From positions 2,852,001-2,916,000 of the forward strand of contig JBLDXI010000003.1 in NCBI GenBank assembly GCA_047495785.1: a stretch of DNA of 64,000 nt. The letters are read 5' to 3'. The translations under genes were made by a program, and so were the position numbers. The DNA comes from Lepidodermella squamata. Its lineage: Eukaryota > Animalia > Gastrotricha. The notes beneath the pieces were generated by a model that was not told the origin of the DNA, did no database searches, and worked only from the letters and a program-made list of their open reading frames with translations. This document shows, piece after piece, positions 22,707 through 33,913 of this stretch. Position 1 is the first letter of the stretch. Every line of letters begins with the position of its first letter.

Positions 22707-25460
22707 TCATTGGTTAATGAGTCGAATGAAGTAAACGTGTATTCCGATGAAAATTGCTGCCGCAACCAGAAACATGATAACATCGAATAGTCGAATATTG
22801 CTGATTCCTCTCTTCCATGGTGGGCGTTCAGCCCAATCTGTGCCGGCAAGGAGACAAGCCAGCAGATGATACGATGTAATAAACGCCGCGAAGAAACTCG
22901 TAACCCTAATGTAATCCCCCAGCAGAATTCCGTCAGATTTCTTAGGCAGCAGGCTCAGAACATCGGATTGGGCTACTGTTAGCGCTAATAGGGTCGTGAT
23001 AGCGAAATTCGGCCTATCGGGAGCATCTGGTGGTAGGAGGAACGTCCCCAAATCTAGAACAGCCAGCAATGCACTGGGCATAACAAGGTTGATGATGTAA
23101 TAATCGGGGATTCTCTTCAATTCAACAGTATAGATAGCGGTATGAACTGGCTGGCCTTTGAAATCATTAGCTCCGTACTGAACGTTAGATGAAAGCCACT
23201 TCCATTCAGGGGTTAAGCGATCCCTCCACGAAAATATAGCCAGGCTCTCATCGAACCTTACAACACTCGATGATCGGATGAGTTCGAATGTAAAGCTGCA
23301 GGTTTGCTTATCAAATGGAAAGAGGGTAAGATCCAAGCTGCAGACTGATCGGAAAATTCCTTCGCTTGTCCAGTAGAAGTTGAAGTTACGCATCTTCTCA
23401 ATCGGCGTTGTAGTTACCGTCAGATCTTTCCCAAAGTGATCAGAATAACTGTTCTCCATGAAGCGATTCCCAGTCGAAGTGCTCGTGAACCTGAGTTTTG
23501 GAACCCAAACTTTGTCAGGAGAAGCAACGTAAAGTAATTCGGTTCGCCTTGTAAGGACTGTGGTGCTGTTCAAAGGGCACGTTGTTACGTTCCAAGACAA
23601 AAGCAACAACCCATCGACTTGGATTTCCTCCTCCACGTTATCTATTCCGCTTAGTGTATTCACTTCAAAGGCAATGGTCACTATAGTTGGCTGGCCGTTG
23701 TTTGGAGGGACGGAGAGATCGGCCGAAAAGTCGTCGCACTCTTTCATAGCTTCTTCAAGAAGTTGCGGCGTAGTTGTTTCGACTGGCATCTTGGGAATGA
23801 TGCTCGACACAAATGACGAGACTTCCTCTTTTCTCTTAGATAACGCCAGTTGCGGTGCCATAGTCGTCGGTGGATCAGTTTTTTGAATAGTTGGACTATA
23901 GCCGATGGTGGTAGTCGACGAAGAACCAACACTTGTTGAAGGTGAGTCCGAGCTTGTAGTGGTGGGTTTAATTGTTGAGGAGGATGAACTAGTAGCCACT
24001 GAAGTAGTCGATGTTGTAGGAAGTGTCGTAGTTTGAAATGATTTCCAGTTTTCGCATGCGTCTTGTAGCGATTTGATTTCTTCCTTCGACAGAACAGCGC
24101 TGTAATAGTACACGCAAGCCATGGCAATCGAGTTGCTGAAATCAGCAGTGGCATCAAGTCCGCCGTACATATCTGCAATAGCCAGTGCCATTCCAATGGA
24201 AAAATCAGTCTGTGGTAGGCTATAGTTTCCCATAAGTTTGACATCACTGCCGTAGTACATATTGGCCATCGAAGTCCCTCCGTCGTAAGTAACAGCGAAA
24301 AATTGCCAACTATCATTCGCCGCGATCCGATGAGAAAAGAAGGCGCCTTTCTCAGCGGTATAATACTGTATCTGATCCGGCACGATGAAATACACCTCGA
24401 AAAAACTTTTTTCTTTGGTGTTGATAAACATTCCCAATCCTCTTTTTGGCGTGGTTGATTGGCTACCAATGTAAACATAGCCAGTAAAGGTCATTGAACC
24501 GGTAAAGCTAGGATATGTAACTCCGATTTTGTTCCCAACTGGTCGATGCGATGAGCTTGGAGCACCGAAAGGTCCTTTTAGATCTTCAAGCACAACCCCA
24601 AGGTAGCCGTTATTAACAGCGCTGTCGATACGTGTCTGGTTAGCCACGTCTATAACATAAGAATAATCATCCAGTGGCAGAAACAACTCGAGACTTTCGG
24701 GTTTTGGCCAGTTACGAGATGGAGTGACTAGCGCTTTCGATTTCCAATCGCGGCAAACCGCTGGGAGCTGGCCTAGCTCCAGCTTTGCAAGCCCTAGATT
24801 GTAGAGCATTACGCAAGCCATTGAGTCACCTGGGGCTAGCTTGTATCCAGAGCTACCCTGGCCTAACGTTAAAGCATCAGCTTGGTCCAAACTTGGAGTA
24901 GCGCTATAATGTGCTTCTTTTTGCTGTTTGTCTCCCACGTAGATGTTTATCTTACCCAAATCATGGGTTAGAGCAATGAAGTTCCATTTTCCAGGTTCGA
25001 CCGCAATAGTACCGATACTTCCTGCAGAGCTCGCGATCTCTAGGCTCGATTTCACATAATCCACCGATAAAATATTCAGAGCAGAGGAAGATGAGAATAA
25101 AACTATCCCTCTCTGAGCCATCTGGTCGTTAGCATCGGGAAAAAAATAGAAAGAAAGCGAAAAATCCAAGCTGAATTTAGATTTAACAGAGCAAATCTGC
25201 GAGCCATTGATTCGGTACGAAGTCCTCGGTAGTTCAAAGGGGCCGTTAATGCTTGTTTGTAATATGCCGTACTCTTTCCCGGTGGGTCCCCCGCCTGAAA
25301 TAAGTGTACCCTTCGCTACATCGGTAAGGGCTGCTGTCTCGTCCATAGGAAGGAAGAAATTCAAGTCTCGCTGCTGCCTAGGCCAGTAGGCCCATGACGT
25401 GCTAACCAGCAGAAATGCCAGCAGCGTCGTGGATAAAGGACTCGTGCAAAACAAATTCAT
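22707..25460 (-). CDS. LamG-LamG-S/T stalk-Cys-loop channel subunit, intronless, 917 aa (copy 2)
   Basis: Signal peptide ending STSWA-YWP, the same two LamG-like repeats, Cys-loop CSLDLTLFPFDKQTC, and M1-M4 as in copy 1. Confidence 0.9.
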   Translation of the reverse strand: MNLFCTSPLSTTLLAFLLVSTSWAYWPRQQRDLNFFLPMDETAALTDVAKGTLISGGGPTGKEYGILQTSINGPFELPRTSYRINGSQICSVKSKFSLDFSLSFYFFPDANDQMAQRGIVLFSSSSALNILSVDYVKSSLEIASSAGSIGTIAVEPGKWNFIALTHDLGKINIYVGDKQQKEAHYSATPSLDQADALTLGQGSSGYKLAPGDSMACVMLYNLGLAKLELGQLPAVCRDWKSKALVTPSRNWPKPESLELFLPLDDYSYVIDVANQTRIDSAVNNGYLGVVLEDLKGPFGAPSSSHRPVGNKIGVTYPSFTGSMTFTGYVYIGSQSTTPKRGLGMFINTKEKSFFEVYFIVPDQIQYYTAEKGAFFSHRIAANDSWQFFAVTYDGGTSMANMYYGSDVKLMGNYSLPQTDFSIGMALAIADMYGGLDATADFSNSIAMACVYYYSAVLSKEEIKSLQDACENWKSFQTTTLPTTSTTSVATSSSSSTIKPTTTSSDSPSTSVGSSSTTTIGYSPTIQKTDPPTTMAPQLALSKRKEEVSSFVSSIIPKMPVETTTPQLLEEAMKECDDFSADLSVPPNNGQPTIVTIAFEVNTLSGIDNVEEEIQVDGLLLLSWNVTTCPLNSTTVLTRRTELLYVASPDKVWVPKLRFTSTSTGNRFMENSYSDHFGKDLTVTTTPIEKMRNFNFYWTSEGIFRSVCSLDLTLFPFDKQTCSFTFELIRSSSVVRFDESLAIFSWRDRLTPEWKWLSSNVQYGANDFKGQPVHTAIYTVELKRIPDYYIINLVMPSALLAVLDLGTFLLPPDAPDRPNFAITTLLALTVAQSDVLSLLPKKSDGILLGDYIRVTSFFAAFITSYHLLACLLAGTDWAERPPWKRGISNIRLFDVIMFLVAAAIFIGIHVYFIRLINQ

Positions 25461-26396
25461 CTCCGCTACAACTTTGTATGAAAGAATTTGGTCTATGTTC
25501 AGATAGGAGAAGCCGCTTATAAAAACCTCATAAAACTTTGCTTCTGTTTGTTCTGAAATGCTATGTTTGACTCGCTGTCTCGCCTCCGCATTTGTTATTG
25601 CCGATTCGCAGTCAATCTCATTTGATTATTTTTTGTTTTGTTTGAATCCCGTGATTTTCGTCGACAGAATTAATAACCAATGAGAAACTGGGAGACATAG
25701 TTAGCGTTATTATTTTATGATCTTAACGAAATATCAGATGTTACATCATATTTCATAGCCTAATTGTGTTTCATTGTGTCGAAATTAATTTCTCTAACAC
25801 GAGAGTCATAAGATTGTTACGGTCTCCAATCGGCTGATTATTTACCTGCGACCGCAGTCCTCGTTTCTCGCTTTAGAAAGGATAACTGAAGGCTTAAGGC
25901 TTCAGCTGAAAAGGTTCATTCCTGAAGGTGATACTATTGCTCGGATTTTTGCTATAGACTCGTTCCTGGCGTAAAGTAATGCTGTAATATCCGTCATCCG
26001 TGAATCGAAACAAACAATCTGATAATATTTATGGAGATGTAGAATCGATCCTTAGCTATGTCCTGCGTGTCGTGTGTGTATAATTTGTCGAAAACTATGA
26101 GTAAATTTCAGCTTCCCTTTATTGGTAACTAGGAAAAGACTTCGTGACTTGCAATGATTGTGGTTGGCATGTAGAAATTAAAAATCTTATTCGTTGAATG
26201 TTCAATATCATTATTGCCTACAGACATTGTTCGCCAATTAGTCTATGCGCGAATTGAAAATGATCCAATTAAGAACGCAATTGGAGATCACAGTGAACCC
26301 TGCTGGTATAAAGGCAGCGAAATTGTTGTTCCAAATCATCAGCCATCCCTCGCTTTTCCATTCTCTAATCAATTATTTATTCATCTCATTCTAAAC

Positions 26397-26903
26397 ATGC
26401 GTGCTTTCCTCGCCATTGCTGTTGTCGTCCTGCTCGGACTCGGTAAACTATTTACCTACAAAATTGTGTCAATAGCCTAACCCTCCCTATCATATTTTTC
26501 AGCCTACTCCGAGGCTAAGGTGTGGAATGTCGAGTCGAAGGAAATGCACCGCCACTACGAGAAGAAGGTGAGCACCTCGGCGAGCCGCTCCTTCGAGAAC
26601 AAGAGGGCTTTCCGCAAGGGACGTGCCTTCCCGATAAAGAAGCGCCACGGCAAGAAGATGAACAAGCGCCGCGGATCCTTCTCCAAGTCGGTCTCCAAGT
26701 CTGTTTCCTACTCGCGGTCCGCCTCCTTCTCCGGCAACCGCTTCGGCAAGAACAAGCGATTCGGTGGTCGCAAGTTCGGCAAGCACGGCAAGAACTTCGG
26801 CTACGGCCGCAAGGGCGGCAAGTTCGGCCACGGCAAGTTCGGCGGTCGCAAGGCCAACAAGGGCTCGTACTCCTTCAGCAAGTCCGTCAGCATCTCCAAC
26901 TAA
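26397..26903 (+). CDS. Secreted highly basic K/R/G/F/S-rich protein, 148 aa (family copy B)
   Basis: Exon 1 26397-26442, intron 26443-26502, exon 2 26503-26903. Near-identical to copy A plus an extra HGKFG unit. TATA box at ~26308. Confidence 0.88.
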
Positions 26904-27160
26904 GGGATAAACTTGAATCACTAAATTATAACTATTGAACTACATGATTTTTGAATAAAATCCTGATAAGTTCAACATGCAATCCACGTTTTGGTCGAAT
27001 TTTATACCTTTAAGGTTGTCATTTTGGGAAGTTTATTATGGTTTAAACACATTTCAAGTTTTTTTTTTAAATCGCGTAAGTTCTTTTTCACTTCCTTAAT
27101 CAAAACTGTTAACAGCGATTTCGAATAGTTCGAATGAATGTAAAGACAATTGAGAGTTCT

Positions 27161-27527
27161 CAGTGCAGGAAGTACGGGGAATGGGGGTTATCGTATCCCC
27201 ATCTCGCAAGGTCAAAGTGAAAAACTACAAAAAACCGCATTGTCAGGGAAACATCAAGACTTGGCCAGGCACTACTCTATACTTTATTGTGAATGAATCG
27301 AACATTGAGGATCTGCCATTCATGGCCTTAAATATCATATAGAAATAACTAGAGCGAACATGGCATTGCCTAATTGATGATCACATGACACATGATTATT
27401 ATCACAAGCTAGTTATTTCGATGGCACGATGCCAGCCAGCAGATCCTTACACACATGGATGACCACTTGGTCATAGAATTTGGTCCCGAAAATACCCACC
27501 AGTTCGAGGATCCTACTTAGCGCGCTG
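27161..27527. mobile_element. hAT-like MITE, same family as 13641-13792
   Basis: Ends CAGTGCAGGAAGTA.../...TACTTAGCGCGCTG. Shares TCGCAAGG(T/C)CAAAGTG and AATTTGG(T/G)CCCGAAAATACCC with the 13.6-kb copy. Imperfect flanks AGAGTTCT/AGTGTTCT. Confidence 0.55.
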
Positions 27528-27969
27528 CAGTGTTCTGCCTACTTGACTCTTTCATTTTGTTATAATTTATATATTCAATATATATGTTCAGAACTTACAA
27601 GCGTATTGCTTTGTTAGCGTCTCAGTTCGCTTGACAAGGCTATCTTCTTCCCTCTCGTATTGTTATCGATAACAGCCCGTTTTCCGAAATTGATTTAATA
27701 CGCAAACAATAGAAACCTATTCAAACATTATGACAAAGTCAACATTCATCGCCCGAGTTCCATGAACATCGAGTTTTATTCCAAACGAGCCTTCACATCG
27801 AAACTGTCAGTAGCGCAGCTAGTGTAGGCTTAGAAGGTTGGTTGTAAAAGCAAAGGAGAAAAAATGAAATGAAATAAGCAGGAGTGATAAATAGATTTGC
27901 CATAATTATTCTACAAAAACAATTAAAAATTGTTCCGAATAAGTTTTTATTTAATGGTAAAAACCAACA

Positions 27970-30747
27970 TTACTGGTTAATGATTCGAACGCAGTAAACG
28001 TGGATTCCGATGAAAATTGCGGTCGCAACCAGAAAAACGAAAACATCCAAGAACCGGACGTTGCTGATGCGTCTCTTCCATGGTCGGCGCTCAGCCCAAT
28101 CTGTACCAGCTAGGAGACAAGCCAGCAGGTGGTACGTTGTGATGAACGCCGCAAAGAAACTCGTGACTCTGATGTAATCCCCCAACAAGATACCATCGGA
28201 ACTCTTAGGCAGAAGGCTCAAAACATCGGATTGGGCGACTGTTAGTGCTAGTAGGGTCGTGATAGCGAAATTCGGCCTATCGGGAGCATCTGGTGGTAAG
28301 AGGAACGTCGCCAAATCTAGAACAGCGAGCAAAGCACTGGGCGTTACCAAGTTTAGAATGTAATAATCCGGAATCCTCTTTAATTCAACGGAGTAGCAAA
28401 CGATATGAACTGGTTGGCCTTTGAACTTGCGAGATCCGTACTTGACATCCGATGCTACCCATTTCCATTCTGGGGTTAGGCGATCCCTCCACGAAACCAG
28501 AGCCAGGCTCTCATCGAATCGTACAACACTTGATGATCGGACTAGTTCGAAAGTGAACCTGCACGTTTGTTTATCGAACGGGAACAGGGTAAGATCCAAG
28601 TTGCAAACAGATCTGAAAATTCCCTCTTTCGTCCAATAGAAGTCGAACGTACGGTTCATATCGCCAGGCGTTGCAGTTACAGTCAAATCGTCCCCGAAAT
28701 GATCAGCATAGCTGTTCTCCATAAAGCGATTACCGGTCGAAGTGCTTGTGAACCTGAGTTTTGGAACCCAAACTTTTTCAGGAGAAGGCACGTAAAGAGA
28801 TTCGGTTCGCTTCGTGATGGCTGTGGTGCTGTTCAAAGGGCACGTTGTTACGTTCCAAGACAAAAGCAACAACCCATCGACTTGGATTTCCTCCTCCACG
28901 TTATCTATTCCGCTGAGAGCATTCACTTCAAAGGCGATTGTCACAGTAGTCGGCTGACCGTCGTTCGGAGGGACAGAGAGATCGGCCGAAAAATCCTCGC
29001 ACTCCTTCATTGCTTTTTCGACAGGCTGCGGCGTTGTTGATTCGGTTGGCATGTCAGGGATCGCAGCAGACAAAACTGACGGAATCTCCTCACCCTTTTT
29101 GCCGGCAATAAATTGCGGTGCCGTTGTCGTCGGCGGGTCAGTTTTTTGAATAGTTGGACCGAAGCTGGTAGTAGACGGAGAGAACGAGTTTCTTGAGGGA
29201 TTAGAAGCCGATGAAGATTTGCTTGATGTTGTTGTTGTAGCTGTTGAAGTTGTTGACGGTGATGAAGTAGACGTGGTGATAGTACTGACTGTAGTAGTCG
29301 ATGTCGAAGGTCGAGTTGTCGTTTTGCTGTTTTGTTTCCAATTTTCGCATGCATTTGGAATCATTTTTATTTCATCCCTAGTGAGTGCCACGCTGTATTG
29401 GAATACGCAAGCCATTGCTAGCGAATTGTTGAACTGATCGGGCCAATCCCAGCCATGGGAGTCCCCGATAAACGCGAAGATTCCTGTTGAGAAATTACTC
29501 TGTGGCAAATCATAGGTACCAAGAAGCTCGGCGCCAGTTCCATTGTATATGTTTGCCAAGTGAGTTGATGAGTCATAACTCAAAGCGAAAAAGATCCACT
29601 TATCAACAGGTGCTACGCTATGAGTAGCAAAGACTTGCAAATAGGGGGTTAAGTATTGGATCTTATCAGGAGGAATATAAGATATTTCAAGAATCATCTG
29701 TTCTTTGGCGTCCATAAAGTAGCCGAGTCCTCTCTTTTCCTTGTTTGATTGACCACCCAAGTAAGCAAAGGCAGCAAATGTCATCGAACTGCCAAATTTA
29801 GGGTGTGCTGATGCAATTTTGTTACCAACTGGGCGATGGGATGAGCTGAATTCTCCGAAAGGGCCCTTGAGGTCTTCAAGGATAGCTCCAAGATACCAGC
29901 TGTTCCATTCTCCGGCAATCCATATTTGCTTCGCCACGTCTTCAACATAAGAGTCACTATCAAGTGGCAGAAACATTTCGATACCATCTGGTCTAGGCCA
30001 GTTACCGATAGGCTTAACGAGCTGCTTCAATTTCCAATCGCGGCATATCCCGGGTAATTGGGCCAACTCTAACTTAGCGAATGGTGACGCATGGTAACGC
30101 ATAACGCAAGCTATTGAATCAGCTGGGGCGAGTTTTACTCCAGGGCTGCCTTGACCAAACGTGAGACTGTCACTTTTGTCAAAACTTGGGCTGGCAACAA
30201 AGGTTGCTACTGTTTGCTGTTTCTCTCCAACATAAATCGTAACATTCCCATACGCACGATTTATGGCTATGAAGTTCCATTTTCCAGTGTCGACCGCAAT
30301 CGTACCAATAACACCTGTAGAGGTTGTAAGTTCTACGCTTGGTGTGGATTTGATATAATTCACCGAGAAAATATTTGAATCAGTGGAGGATGAGAAAACT
30401 AGAATTCCTCTCTTATTCGTCTGGTCGTTCACGTCGGGGAAAAAGTAGAAAGAAAGCGTAAAATCCATAGTGAACCTGGCTTTCACGGAGAAAATTTGCG
30501 AGCCATTGATTCGATAGGATGTATTAGGCTGCTTGAATGGACCGTCAATGTTGGTTTGCAATAACCCGAACTCCTTCCCATCAGATCCTCCCCCAGAAAC
30601 AGCGATACCTTTAGCTACATCAGTCAGGCCAGCAGTTTCATCCATTGGAAGGAAGAAATGCAAATCCCTTTGTTTCGGCAATATTAATCCTAATGACGGG
30701 CAGATCAGCATACATGCATGCACCTGTATTATCGATAACAAGCTCAT
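27970..30747 (-). CDS. LamG-LamG-S/T stalk-Cys-loop channel subunit, intronless, 925 aa (copy 3)
   Basis: Hydrophobic N-terminus, two LamG-like repeats, T/S stalk, Cys-loop CNLDLTLFPFDKQTC, M1-M4. Confidence 0.9.
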   Translation of the reverse strand: MSLLSIIQVHACMLICPSLGLILPKQRDLHFFLPMDETAGLTDVAKGIAVSGGGSDGKEFGLLQTNIDGPFKQPNTSYRINGSQIFSVKARFTMDFTLSFYFFPDVNDQTNKRGILVFSSSTDSNIFSVNYIKSTPSVELTTSTGVIGTIAVDTGKWNFIAINRAYGNVTIYVGEKQQTVATFVASPSFDKSDSLTFGQGSPGVKLAPADSIACVMRYHASPFAKLELAQLPGICRDWKLKQLVKPIGNWPRPDGIEMFLPLDSDSYVEDVAKQIWIAGEWNSWYLGAILEDLKGPFGEFSSSHRPVGNKIASAHPKFGSSMTFAAFAYLGGQSNKEKRGLGYFMDAKEQMILEISYIPPDKIQYLTPYLQVFATHSVAPVDKWIFFALSYDSSTHLANIYNGTGAELLGTYDLPQSNFSTGIFAFIGDSHGWDWPDQFNNSLAMACVFQYSVALTRDEIKMIPNACENWKQNSKTTTRPSTSTTTVSTITTSTSSPSTTSTATTTTSSKSSSASNPSRNSFSPSTTSFGPTIQKTDPPTTTAPQFIAGKKGEEIPSVLSAAIPDMPTESTTPQPVEKAMKECEDFSADLSVPPNDGQPTTVTIAFEVNALSGIDNVEEEIQVDGLLLLSWNVTTCPLNSTTAITKRTESLYVPSPEKVWVPKLRFTSTSTGNRFMENSYADHFGDDLTVTATPGDMNRTFDFYWTKEGIFRSVCNLDLTLFPFDKQTCRFTFELVRSSSVVRFDESLALVSWRDRLTPEWKWVASDVKYGSRKFKGQPVHIVCYSVELKRIPDYYILNLVTPSALLAVLDLATFLLPPDAPDRPNFAITTLLALTVAQSDVLSLLPKSSDGILLGDYIRVTSFFAAFITTYHLLACLLAGTDWAERRPWKRRISNVRFLDVFVFLVATAIFIGIHVYCVRIINQ

Positions 30748-31036
30748 CCTGATTGCTGGTTTGATGATCAGAAAAAAATATTCCCATCAGGACAATTGTA
30801 CTGAGATCGTATGACCTCATAAAATGGCATTTTTTTAACCTACGCTTTTATTTATTTTCAACTTCTTTATTGCAGTAGATTGTAAACACCAAACCGAAAT
30901 CTATTGCAAAATGTAATAATCAACGGACCGAATTTTGTACTTGTTTTATTATGAAATTCCGGACAGCAAGCGAAGCTCACGTGAGAAAAAAACTGAATCA
31001 TTTAAAAGCGGTTTCGTCCTGTAAACCGATGTACAA

Positions 31037-31532
31037 TCAATTGCTTGCTGCATTCCATGCATCCGTGGTTTTTGTAACAAGCATTTTGGCTGCGACTACG
31101 GCAACGATTGCTACTGCTAGGTTAAGGTCAAACCCTGGCGTTGTCGAATCGTTACACAGATCCGTTGTGCAGCAGAAGACATCGACGCAGATTCCGAGGA
31201 TGCAAGTGTTGTTGCTCGCTGTGCACGATGTTTGGCAAGCTTTAGTGTAGCTCTCCGATCCGCCGTATTTAGTCACAGTTTTCTACATATAAAATCACTC
31301 AAAAAAATAAGAAATTATGAAAATTAATGTCTAACCGAACAAGCAGCGTATGAAGTGTCGTTACAAGTTGCAGACACTATGTTACCGGACCCGGAGTAGC
31401 ATTGGAGCGCCGCTGCATAAATTAATTGGAATGCAACCTCAACGAAGGAAATAAAACCAAGGTGCCTGATATCTCACCTGTATGTTGGAAAAATGCAAAA
31501 ATCAAAACTGTCAACAGAAAACTGATGAACAT
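31037..31532 (-). CDS. Ly6/uPAR (three-finger) family protein, probably GPI-anchored, ~125 aa
   Basis: Exons 31532-31478 (signal peptide), 31412-31336 (AALQCYSG...C...C) and 31282-31037. Ten Cys with an LxCY start and a CCTTDLCN end, then a hydrophobic C-terminal segment. Confidence 0.85.
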
Positions 31533-33015
31533 CCTTGAGATTAGAGCTCGAAAATGGAATGAAAATTTGTTTTGTTATAGGTGTAATAACCAATGCAAGT
31601 CCATATATTGTAACTGTCGCCGCTTATATAATGTTTTGCTCCACCCTCGTGTTTATAATGTCGATGAGTTTAGAGTTGTTAAGTGTTTTTCAATTAAACA
31701 TGCCCGTTAATTAAAAGAAGCGTGACTATGCAACAAATGTAGGCGCCTTGCAACGTTTAATTTGCTTCAGATGGAAAAAACACAGCCATGGGGTAACCTT
31801 TTTAGGAGTGCCTACCGCCTACCTAATAATATTGTCTGTTTCAGGCTAATCTCCTAATTTATCATCATGACCGTTGACAAGTGAAAAACTGAGTTTGGCA
31901 TTAAAAACAGCAACTGCGCAAAACAGCGAATGCGACAAAACAGCAAATTTTTTATTTCGCGACAAAACTGCGAAAACTTACTAATGTAGAAGATGCATTG
32001 TGTTTCTGCTGTTATGCCGCAAGTTGAAATATCTTCTGTTATGTCGCGTTTGCTGTTTGGGCCTTTGCTGTTATGACGGTCTGCCGTCAATTTTCAAAAA
32101 ATGAGCCGAGAAATTTCCGCTTCTTTTTTTATTTTTATTTTTCTTGTTAGGCTTCCCTTATGATGAATGCTAAAATGACTAAAACGCCCTAACCCATTTG
32201 AGCCCAACGGCATCTTATCCTGCCACCCTTTATTTAAAAAAACCCTGTAGGGTGACTACAACCCCAGGGTGTCTAAAAGGCCTATCTCCGCGCTGGGAAA
32301 TCGTATAAATTCAGGGAAAAAGGATAAAAGACCAGTGTCTCGTAGGCTTGGTGGTGAGCTAGGAGCCGTTTTTTGGGACTGTCACCAAACTGCACTAAAG
32401 TGTCATCAAAATCGATTTTTCACGAAGTATCACCTATGACCCAACTGAATGCATTTCTAGATAGATCTCATCACGCTGACGAACTTTTTCTTTGAGAGCG
32501 GCTTCCTAGCTATCATCGTTCTTGAGATAATCGTCCAGGTGTGACAAAAGGTTGGGTCACGTGACAACTTGACACTGGAATATCTCAATGACGGTAGATG
32601 ATAAAAATATGAGGTTTTCGGATTCTTAATCCCCGAATTTTTCTCTATCGGAAAAGCACGTGTCAATAGGGAAAGAAAAATAAAAATATTTTCCGAAAAC
32701 ATTCTGGGCTTTAACGACGGTTGACCTCGAAATGACTGGAGACTGGAGAATAAGGAAGCAACGTAAAAAAATTTGCCACGCTGAACATTTCCATATAATT
32801 TTCCTAAAATTTTCAATCCTTTATTTTTTTTACCATTCCCAAGTTTTATATCTTGACCCGCTACATAATTCGGAAAATTCGCCAACCATACCAGATCGGC
32901 GTTTGTCTTCTGTATTGTTTTACTACCATAAAATGCAATTCTTGAATTTTCTGAAGGTCCAATCTATTAAGGTCCATCACGTCTCGTGCAAGATAACTTC
33001 ATTAGGTATTCCAAA

Positions 33016-33736
33016 TCATAAGAAAATTGCTGCAACAATTATGATTGAGACGGCAATTACTACCATGACGATAACCAGAATAGCCCGCTTGAACACCATG
33101 CAAGATTTACTATCTCGATCATCGGGAGTGTAATAGTGGATTCGTCTTGTAACTTGGCTATTCGTATTATTGCCTGCATTACGGCTTGTGGAACGAGCAG
33201 TTTCTCGGCCTCCATTTCGCTGGCTAGCACCGTGGTTTTGAGTAGTCGATGGTGCCTGTGGTCGCACGTTGGGCTGCTGGGTCCTCGTTTGAGTTGTGTT
33301 GTTCGAATAGCTAACTGTCAGATTGCTGCCTTCAATCGATTGTCTAATAATTACTGGACCAGCAGCTGGGTCGAACGCAGAATAAGGCGGCGGTGGCTCC
33401 GCGATCACAGTATCTATCGTAACTGTTGCGTGATTCTGCACATATTCATCGCTGTGGTAAGGTGGAGGAACACGGCTGGTTCTAGGAAATATTATTTTAA
33501 CTGCCAAAAATAGACTGCGAGGTCCGATATGTGGATCTGAATCCTGGGCCTGACAACATTTCTTTTATTTAAGGTCAACGATGCGTCGTTGGGGAAAACG
33601 CCTGACGGCGAAATGTAGGCCATAGCCCGGGATTAGGATCCAAATATCGGATCGAGCAGTCTATTTTTGGCAGTTAAAGTGTTAAGCGGACAAATTATCG
33701 ACGCTCAGAAACTTACGCGCTGGGTCCATTATTCAT
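33016..33736 (-). CDS. Small tail-anchored membrane protein with two PPxY (WW-binding) motifs, ~161 aa
   Basis: Exon 1 33736-33717 (MNNGPS, GTAAGT donor) and exon 2 33481-33016 join in frame. VPPPY and PPPPY motifs, polar disordered middle, single C-terminal hydrophobic helix AILVIVMVVIAVSIIIVAAIFL. Confidence 0.7.
33501..33673. mobile_element. 173-bp MITE with ~50-bp imperfect TIRs and TTAA on both sides (piggyBac-type target), in the intron of the PPxY gene
   Basis: TTAA|CTGCCAAAAATAGACTGC...GATCTGAATCCTGGGC versus GCCCGGGATTAGGATC...GCAGTCTATTTTTGGCAG|TTAA. Confidence 0.75.
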
Positions 33737-33913
33737 TGCAATTTTATCCGGTTGGTACTGTTGGTACAAAATTTATTACTTTTTCTTATCATTACGCTGA
33801 ATTCCGTTATCTTGCTCACATTACATTAATTTCACATTATGATAAGAGTGAAAACTTTCTAAATAGGAGGTTGAACTAGGTTAAACGCTATCTGAGTCAT
33901 GAGACGTACTATA

